Translations under genes and position numbers: made by a program
Part shown: positions 1 through 10,400 of the stretch, piece by piece
Position numbering within the stretch: the stretch's first letter is position 1
Layout: every line of letters starts with the position of its first letter
Notes under the pieces: model-generated
What the model was told of the DNA's origin: nothing
The model's input: the letters and a program-made list of their open reading frames with translations, nothing else
Databases searched by the model: none
NCBI RefSeq assembly: GCF_009914755.1
Contig: NC_060939.1
Direction: 5' to 3' (one strand)
Source of the DNA: the human T2T-CHM13v2.0 reference genome, Homo sapiens
Length of the DNA: 64,000 bases

Positions 1-328
1 CCTACAGGTTAATTGTGAGAGATCTCGTCACTGATTACCCAAGTGATGTAACCATTGTCTAGGCTTTTCGTACAGGGGGCTTTGTGACATACCTTTGCAC
101 TGATCACCCAGGTGATGTATCACATCAAAGTTCGGCCTAAAGGAGCTTTGTGACATATCTCTGCACTGATCACTTAGGTGATGTAACACTTTTATAATCA
201 CTGCCTACAGGGAATTTTGACAAATCTCTGCACTGATCACCTAGGTGATGTAACTCTTGTCTACCCTCTGTCCAACGGGGCATTGTGAAATGTCTCTGCA
301 CTGATCACCCAGGTGATTCAACTCTTGA

Positions 329-2505
329 CTAGGAACTGCCTACAGAGGTTATTGTGAAATATCTCTGCACTGATAAACTAGGTGGGGTAACCCCTGTCCA
401 AGCTCTGCCTACAGGGGCGTTTCCACATATCCCTGAACTGATGACAAAGGTGATGTAACCATTGCCTAGGCTTTGCCCACAGGGAACATTGGACATATAT
501 CTGCACTGATCACCCAGCTGATGCAACTCTTGCCTAGGCTTTGCCTACAGGGGACATTGTGACATATCTCTTCAATGATCACTCATGTGATGCATCTCTT
601 GCCTAGGCTTTGCCTACAGGGGACATTGTGACATATCTCTGCACTGATCTCCCAGGTGCTGTAACTTTAGTCTAGGCACTGGCTACACGGCATTGTGACA
701 TATCACTGCACTGATCAACCAGGTGATATAACTCTTGTATAGGCTCTGCCTACAGGGGGATTGTGACCTACCTCTGCACTGATCACCCAGGTGATATAAC
801 TCTTCTCTAGGATCTGCCTACAGGGTACTTTGTGACATATCCCTGCACTGATCACCCAGGTGATCTAACTCTGGTCTAAGCTCTGCGTAAAGGGGCATTG
901 TGACAGATCTCTGCACTGATCCCTCTGGTGATGTAAGTATTGTCTAGGCTCTGCTTCAAGGCGCCTTGTCACATATCTCTGCACTGATCACCCAGGTGAT
1001 GTAACTCTTGTCTAGGCTCTGGCTACACGGCATTGTGACCTACGTCTGCAATGATCACCCAGGTGATATAACTCTTCTCTAGGATCTGCCTACAGGGTAA
1101 TTTGTGACATATCCCTGCACTGATCACCCAGGTGATCTAACTCTGGTCTAAGCTCTGCCTAAAGGGGCATTGTGACAGATCTCTGCACTGATCACTCTGG
1201 TGTTGTAAGTATTGTCTAGGCTCTGCTTCAAGGGGCCTTGTCACATATCTCTGCACTGATCACCCAGGTGATGTAACTATTGTCTAGGCTCTGCTTCCAG
1301 GGCATATTGTGACATATCTATGCACTGATCACCTTAGTGATGTAACACTTTGGTAGGCTCGGCCTACAGGGGAATCTTGACATATCTCTGCACTGTTAAC
1401 CGAGGTGATTTAACTCTTGTCTAGGCTGTGCCCACAGGGGGATTGAGACATATCTCTGCACTGATCCCGAGGTCATACAACTCTTGCCTGGTCTCTGCTA
1501 CTGTGGACATTGTGACATATTTCTGCACAGATCTCCCAGGTGCTGTAACTATACTCTAGGCTCTGGCTACACGGCATTGTGACATATCACTGCACTGATC
1601 ACCCAGGCGATATAACTCTTCTCTAGGATCTGACCACAGGGTGCTTTGTGACATATCCCTGCAATGATCACCCAGGTGATATACCACTTGCCAAGGCTCT
1701 GCTTACAGGGGCATTGCAATGTATCTCTGCACTGATCACCTAGGTCTTGTAGCTATTTTCTAGGATCTGCCTACAGGGTGCTTTGTGACGTGTCCCAGCA
1801 AGGATTACCCAGGTGATGTACCTCTCATCAAGGCTCTGCCTACAGGCACATTGTGATGTATCTCTGCACTGATCACCTCGGTCATGTAACTTTTTTCTAG
1901 GCTCTACCTACGATGGCATTGTGACATATCTCTGCACTAATCATCCAAGTGATGTAACTCTTGTCTAGGATGTGCCTAAATTAACTTTTTGACATAACCC
2001 TGTACTGATCATCCAGGTGATGGAGCTTTTGTCTAGGCTCTGCCTAAGGGGGCATTGTGACATATTTCTGCATTGATCACCAAGGTGGCGAACTCTTCTC
2101 TCGGATCTGCCTATGGGGGCATTGTGAGAAATCTCTGCACTGATCACCCAGGTGATGTAACTGTTCTGTAACCTCTGCCTACAGGGGAATTGTGAGAGAT
2201 CTCGTCACTGATTACCCAAGTGATGTAACCATTGTCTAGGCTTTGCGTACAGGGGGCTTTGTGACATACCTTTGCACTGATCACCCAGGTGATGTAACAC
2301 ATCTACGTTCGGCCTAAAGGAGCTTTGTGACATATCTCTGCACTGGTCACTTAGGTGATGTAACACTTTTATAATCACTTCCTACAGGGAATTTTGACTA
2401 ATCTCTGCACTGATCACCTAGGTGATGTAACTCTTGTCTACCCTCTGTCCAACGGGGCATTGTGAAATGTCTCTGCACTGATCACCCAGGTGATTCAACT
2501 CTTGA
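329..2505. repeat. Variant HOR unit, 32-mer (2177 bp): a 28-mer plus a 4-monomer duplication
   Basis: Marker CTAGGAACTG at 329 and 2506; 2177 bp is about 32 x 68. The block ATAACTCTTCTCTAGGATC...CTCTGGTCTAAG...CTTCAAG occurs at ~795-1010 and again at ~1068-1282. Confidence 0.9.
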
Positions 2506-4410
2506 CTAGGAACTGCCTACAGAGGTTATTGTGAAATATCTCTGCACTGATAAACTAGGTGGTGTAACCCTTGTCCAAGCTCTGCCTACAGGGGCGTTTC
2601 CACATATCCCTGAAATGATGACAAAGGTGATGTAACTCTTGCCTAGGCTTTGCCTACAGGGAACATTGGACATATATCTGCACTGATCACCCAGCTGATG
2701 CAACTCTTGCCTAGGCTTTGCCTACAGGGGACATTGTGACATATCTCTTCAATGATCACTCATGTGATGCATCTCTTGACTATGCTTTGCCTACAGGGGA
2801 CATTGTGACATATCTCTGCACTGATCTCCCAGGTGCTGTAACTTTAGTCTAGGCACTGGCTACACGGCATTGTGACATATCACTGCACTGATCAACCAGG
2901 TGATAAAACTCTTGTATAGGCTCTGCCTACAGGGGGATTGTGACCTACCTCTGCACTGATCACCCAGGTGATATAACTCTTCTCTAGGATCTGCCTACAG
3001 GGTACTTTGTGACATATCCCTGCACTGATCACCCAGGTGATCTAACTCTGGTCTAACTCTTCCTAAAGGGGCATTGTGACAGATCTCTGCACTGATCACT
3101 CTGGTGATGTAAGTATTGTCTAGGCTCTGCTTCAAGGGGCCTTGTCACATATCTCTGCACTGATCACCCTGGTGATGTAACTCTTGTCTAGGCTCTGCTT
3201 CCAGGGCATATTGTGACATATCTATGCACTGATCACCTTAGTGATGTAACACTTTGGTAGGCTCGGCCTACAGGGGAATCTTGACATATCTCTGCACTGT
3301 TAACCGAGGTGATTTAACTCTTGTCTAGGCTGTGCCCACAGGGGGATTGAGACATATCTCTGCACTGATCCCGAGGTGATACAACTCTTGCCTGGTCTCT
3401 GCCTACTGTGGACATTGTGACATATCTCTGCACTGATCTCCCAGGTGCTGTAACTTTACTCTAGGCTCTGGCTACACGGCATTGTGACATATCACTGCAC
3501 TGATCACCCAGGCGATATAACTCTTCTCTAGGATCTGACCACAGGGTGCTTTGTGACATATCCCTGCAATGATCACCCAGGTGATATACCAATTGCCAAG
3601 GCTCTGCCTACAGGGGCATTGCAATGTATCTCTGCACTGATCACCTAGGTCCTGTAGCTATTTTCTAGGATCTGCCTACAGGGTGCTTTGTGACGTGTCC
3701 TAGCAAGGATTACCCAGGTGATGTACCTCTCATCAAGGCTCTGCCTAGAGGCACATTGTGATGTATCTCTGCACTGATCACCTAGGTCATGTAACTTATT
3801 TCTAGGCTCTACCTACGATGGCATTGTGACATATCTCTGCACTAATCATCCAAGTGATGTAACTCTTGTCTAGGATGTGCCTAAATTAACTTTTTGACAT
3901 AAACCTGTACTGATCATCCAGGTGATGGAGCTTTTGTGTAGGCTCTGCCTAAGGGGGCATTGTGACATATTTCTGCATTGATCACCCAGGTGACGAAGTC
4001 TTCTCTCGGATCTGCCTATGGGGGCATTGTGAGAAATCTCTGCACTGATCACCCAGCTGATGTAACTGTTGTGTAACCTCTGCCTACAGGGGAATTGTGA
4101 GAGATCTCGTCACTGATTACCCAAGTGATGTAACCATTGTCTAGTCTTTGCGTACAGGGGGCTTTGTGACATACCTTTGCACTGATCACCCAGGTGATGT
4201 AACACATCTAAGTTCGGCCTAAAGGAACTTTGTGACATATCTCTGCACTGATCACTTAGGTGATGTAACACTTTTATAATCACTGCCTACAGGGAATTTT
4301 GACAAATCTCTGTACTGATCACCTAGGTGATGTAACTCTTGTCTACCCTCTGTCCAACGGGGCATTGTGAAATATCTCTGCACTGATCACCCAGGTGATT
4401 CAACTCTTGA
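2506..4410. repeat. Canonical 28-mer HOR unit (1905 bp)
   Basis: Marker spacing 2506 to 4411 is 1905 bp. It contains the GATCAACCAGG...TTGTATAGG monomer that the 27-mers lack. Confidence 0.92.
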
Positions 4411-7400
4411 CTAGGAACTGCCTACAGAGGTTATTGTGAAATATCTCTGCACTGATAAACTAGGTGGTGTAACCCTTGTCCAAGCTCTGCCTACAGGGGC
4501 GTTTCCACATATCCCTGAACTGGTGACAAAGGTGATGTAACCCTTGCCTAGGCTTTGCCTACAGGGAACATTGGACAAATATCTGCACTGATCACCCAGG
4601 TGATGCAACTCTTGCTTAGGCTTTGCCTACAGGGGACATTGTGACATATCTCTTCAATGATCACTCATGTGATGCATCTCTTGCCTAGGCTTTGCCTACA
4701 GGGGACATTGTGACATATCTCTGCACTGATCTCCCAGGTGCTGTAACTTTAGTCTAGGCTCTGGCTACACGACATTGTGACCTACATCTGCACTGATCAC
4801 CCAGGTGATATAACTCTTCTCTAGGATCTGCCTACAGGGTACTTTGTGACATATCCCTGCACTTATCACCCAGGTGATCTAACTCTGGTCTAAGCTCTGC
4901 CTAAAGGAGCATTGTGACAGATCTCTGCACTGATCACTCTGGTGATGTAAGTATTGTCTAGGCTCTGCTTCAAGGGGCCTTGTCACATATCTCTGCACTG
5001 ATCACCCAGGTGATGTAACTCTTGTCTAGGCTCTGCTTCCAGGGCATATTGTGACATATCTATGCACTGATCACCTTAGTGATGTAACACTTTGGTAGGC
5101 TCGGCCTACAGGGGAACCTTGACATATCTCTGCACTGTTAACCGAGGTGATTTAACTCTTCTATAGGCTGTGCCCACAGGGGGATTGAGACATATCTCTG
5201 CACTGATCCCGAGGTGATACAACTCTTGCCTGGTCTCTGCCTACTGTGGACATTGCGACATATCTCTGCACTGATCTCCCAGGTGCTGTAACTTTAGACT
5301 AGGCTCTGGCTACACGGCATTGTGACATATCACTGCACTGATCACCCAGGCGATATAACTCTTCTCTAGGATCTGACCACAGGGTGCTTTGTGACATATC
5401 CCTGCAATGATCACCCAGGTGATATACCACTTGCCAAGGCTCTGCCTACAGGGGCATTACAATGTATCTCTGCACTGATCACCTAGGTCTTGTAGCCATT
5501 TTCTAGGATCTGCCTACAGGGTGCTTTGTGACGTGTCCTACCAAGGATTACCCAGGTGATGTACCTCTCATCAAGGCTCTGCCTACAGGCACATTGTGAT
5601 GTATCTCTGCACTGATCACCTAGGTCATGTAACTTTTTTCTATGCTCTACCTACAATGGCATTGTGACATGTCTCTGCACTAATAATCCAAGTGATGTAA
5701 CACTTGTCTAGGATGTGCCTAAATTAACTTTTTGACATAACCCTGTACTGATCATCCAGGTGATGGAGCTTTTGTCTAGGCTCTGCCTAAGGGGTCATTG
5801 TGACATATTTCTGCATTGATCACCCAGGTGGCGAACTCTTCTCTCGGATCTGCTTATGGGGGCATTGTGAGAAATCTCTGCACTGATCACCCAGGTGATG
5901 TAACTGTTGTGTAACCTCTGCCTACAGGGGAATTGTGAGAGATCTCGTCACTGATTACCCAAGTGATGTAACCATGGTCTAGGCTTTGCGTACAGGGGGC
6001 TTTGTGACATACATTTGCACTCATTACCCGGGTGATGTAACACATGTAAGTTCGGTCTAAAGGAGCCTTGTGACATATCTCCACAGTAATCACTTAGGTG
6101 ATTTAACACTTTTATAATCACTGCCTAAAGGGAAATTTGACAAATCTCTGCACTGGTCACCTAGGTTATGTAACTCTTGTCTACCCTCTGTCCAACGGGG
6201 CATTGTGAAATGTCTCTGCACTGATCACCCAGGTGATTCAACTATTGACTAGGAACTGCCTACAGAGGTTATTGTGAAATATCTCTGCACTGATAAACTA
6301 GGTGGTGTAACCCTTGTACAAGCTCTGCCTACAGGGGCGTTTCCACATATCCCTGAACTGGTGACAAATGTGATGTAACTCTTGCCTAGGCTTTGCCTAC
6401 AGGGAACATTGGACAAATATCTGCACTGATCACCCAGGTGATGCAACTCTTGCCTAGGCTTTGCCTACAGGGGACATTGTGACATATCTCTTCAATGATC
6501 ACTCATGTGATGCATCTCTTGCCTAGGCTTTGCCTACAGGGGACATTGTGACATATCTCTGCACTGATCTCCCAGGTGCTGTAACTTTATTCTAGGCTCT
6601 GGCTACAGGGCATTGTGACCTACCTCTGCAATGATCACCCAGGTGATATAACTCTTCTCTAGGATCTGCCTACAGGGTACTTTGTGACATATCCCTGCAC
6701 TGATCACCCATTTGATCTAACTCTGGTCTAAGCTCTGCCTAAAGGGGCATTGTGACAGATCTCTGCACTGATCACTCTGGTGATGTAAGTATTGTCTAGG
6801 CTCTGCTTCAAGGGGCCTTGTCACATATCTCTGCACTGATCACCCAGGTGATGTAACTCTTGTCTAGGCTCTGCTTCCAGGGCATATTGTGACATATCTA
6901 TGCACTGATCACCTTAGTGGTGTAACACTTTGGTAGGCTCGGCCTACAGGGGAATCTTGACATATCTCTGCACTGTTAACCGAGGTGATTTAACTCTTGT
7001 CTAGGCTGTGCCCACAGGGGGATTGAGACATATCTCTGCACTGATCCCGAGGTGATACAACTCTTGCCTGGTCTCTGCCTACTGTGGACATTGAGACATA
7101 TCTCTGCACTGATCTCCCAGGTGCTGTAACTTTAGTCTAGGCTCTGGCTACACGGCATTGTGACATATCACTGCACTGATCACCCAGGCGATATATCTCT
7201 TCTCTAGGATCTGACCACAGGGTGCTTTGTGACATTTCCCTGCAATGATCACACAGGTGATATACCACTTGCCAAGGCTCTGCCTACAGGGGCATTGCAA
7301 TGTATCTCTGCACTGATCACCTAGGTCTTGTAGCTATTTTCTAGGATCTGCCTACAGGGTGCTTTGTGACGTGTCCCAGCAAGGATTACCCAGGTGATGT

Positions 7401-10400
7401 ACCTCTCATCAAGGCTCTGCCTACAGGCACATTGTGATGTATCTCTGCACTGATCACCTCGGTCATGTAACCTTTTCCTAGGCTCTACCTACGATGGCAT
7501 TGTGACATATCTCTGCACTAATCATCCAAGAGATGTAACTCTTGTCTAGGATGTGCCTAAATTAACTTTTTGACATAACCCTGTACTGATCATCCAGGTG
7601 ATGGAGCTTTTGTCTAGGCTCTGCCTAAGGGGTCATTGTGACATATTTCTGCATTGATCACCCAGGTGGCGAACTCTTCTCTCGGATCGGCCTATGGGGG
7701 CATTGTGAGAAATCTCTGCACTGATCACCCAGGTGATGTAACTGTTGTGTAACCTCTGCCTACAGGGGAATTGTGAGAGATCTCGTCACTCATTACCCAA
7801 GTGATGTAACCATTGTCTAGGCTTTGCCTACAGGGGGCTTTGTGACATACCTTTTCACTGATCACCCAGGTGATGTAACACATCTAAGTTCGGCCTAAAG
7901 GAGCTTTGTGACATAAATCTGCACTGATCACTTAGGTGAGGTAACACTTTTATAATCACTGCCTACAGGGAATTTTGACAAATCTCTGCACTGATCACCT
8001 AGGTGATGTAACTCTTGTCTACCCTCTGTCCAACGGGGCATTGTGAAATATCTCTACACTGATCACCCAGGTGATTCAACTCTTGACTAGGAACTGCCTA
8101 CAGATGTTATTGTGAAATATCTCTGCCCTGATAAACTAGGTGGTGTAACCCTTGTCCTAGCTCGCCTACAGGGTCGTTTCCACATATCCCTGAATTGATG
8201 ACAAAGGTGATGTAACCCTTGCCTAGGCTTTGCCTAAAGGGAACATTGGACATATATCTGCACTGATCACCCAGGTGATGCAACTATTGCCTAGGCTTTT
8301 CCTACAGGGGACATTGTGACATATCTCTTCAATGATCACTCATGTGATGCATCTCTTGCCTAGGCTTTGCCTACAGCTGACATTGTGACATATCTCTGCA
8401 CTGATCTCCCAGGTGCTGTAACTTTAGTCTAGGCTCTGGCTACACGGCATTGTGACCTACCTCTGCACTGATCACCCAGGTGATATAACTCTTCTCTAGG
8501 ATCTGCCTACAGGGTACTTTGTGACATATCCCTGCACTGATCACCCAGGTGATCTAACTCTGGTCTAAGCTCTGCCTAAAGGAGCATTGTGACAGATCTC
8601 TGCACTGATCACTCTGGTGATGTAAGTATTGTCTAGGCTCTGCTTCAAGGGACCTTGTCACATATCTCTGCACTGATCACCCAGGTGATGTAACTCTTGT
8701 CTAGACTCTGCTTCCAGGGCATATTGTGACATATCTATGCACTGATCACCTTAGTGATGTAACACTTTGGTAGGCTCGGCCTACAGGGGAATCTTGACAT
8801 ATCTCTGCACTGTTAACCGAGGTGATTTAACTCTTGTCTAGTCTGTGCCCACAGGGGTATTGAGACATATCTCTGCACTGATCCCGAGGTGATACAAGTC
8901 TTGCCTGGTCTCTGCCTACTGTGGACATTGGGACATATCTCTGCACTGATCTCCCAGGTGCTGTAACTTTAGACTAGGCTCTGGCTACACGGCATTGTGA
9001 TATATCACTGCACTGATCACCCAGGCGATATAACTCTTCTCTAGGATCTGACCACAGGGTGCTTTGTGACATATCCCTGCAATGATCACCCAGGTGATAT
9101 ACCACTTGCCAAGGCTCTGCCTACAGGGGCATTGCAATGTATCTCTGCACTGATCACCTAGGTCCTGTAGCTATTTTCTAGGATCTGCCTACAGGGTGCT
9201 TTGTGACGTGTCCTAGCAAGAATTACCCAGGTGATGTACCTCTCATCAAGGCTATGCCTACAGGCACATTGTGATGTATCTCTGCACTGATCACCTCGGT
9301 CATGTAACCTTTTTCTAGGCTCTACCTACGATGGCATTGTGACATATCTCTGCACTAATCATCCAAGTGATGTAACTCTTGTCTAGGATGTGCCTAAATT
9401 AACTTTTTGACATAACCCTGTACTGATCATCCAGGTGATGGAGCTTTTGTCTAGGCTCTGCCTAAGGGGTCATTGTGACATATTTCTGCATTGATCACCC
9501 AGGTGGCGAACTCTTCTCTCGGATCGGCCTATGGGGGCATTGTGAGAAATCTCTGCACTGATCACCCAGGTGATGTAACTGTTGTGTAACCTCTGCCTAC
9601 AGGGGAATTGTGAGAGATCTCGTCACTCATTACCTAAGTGATGTAACCATTGTCTAGGCTTTGCCTACAGGGGGCTTTGTGACATACCTTTGCACTGATC
9701 ACCCAGGTGATGTAACACATCTAAGTTCGGCCTAAAGGAGCTTTGTGACATAAATCTGCACTGATCAATTAGGTGATGTAACACTTTTATAATCACTGCC
9801 TACAGGGAATTTTGACAAATCTCTGCACTGATCACCTAGGTGATGTAACTCTTGTCTACCCTCTGTCCAACGGGGCATTGTGAAATATCTCTACACTGAT
9901 CACCCAGGTGATTCAACTCTTGACTAGGAACTGCCTACAGATGTTATTGTGAAATATCTCTGCACTGATAAACTAGGTGGTGTAACCCTTGTCCAAGCTC
10001 GCCTACAGGGTCGTTTCCACATATCCCTGAATTGATGACAAAGGTGATGTAACCCTTGCCTAGGCTTTGCCTATAGGGAACATTGGACATATATCTGCAC
10101 TGATCACCCAGGTGATGCAACTCTTGCCTAGGCTTTGCCTACAGGGGACATTGTGACATATCTCTTCAATGATCACTCATGTGATGCATCTCTTGCCTAG
10201 GCTTTGCCTCCAGCTGACATTGTGACATATCTCTGCACTGATCTCCCAGGTGCTGTAACTTTAGTCTAGGCTCGGGCTACACGGCATTGTGACCTACCTC
10301 TGCACTGATCACCCAGGTGATATAACTCTTCTCTAGGATCTGCCTACAGGGTACTTTGTGACATATCCCTGCACTGATCACCCAGGTGATCTAACTCTGG

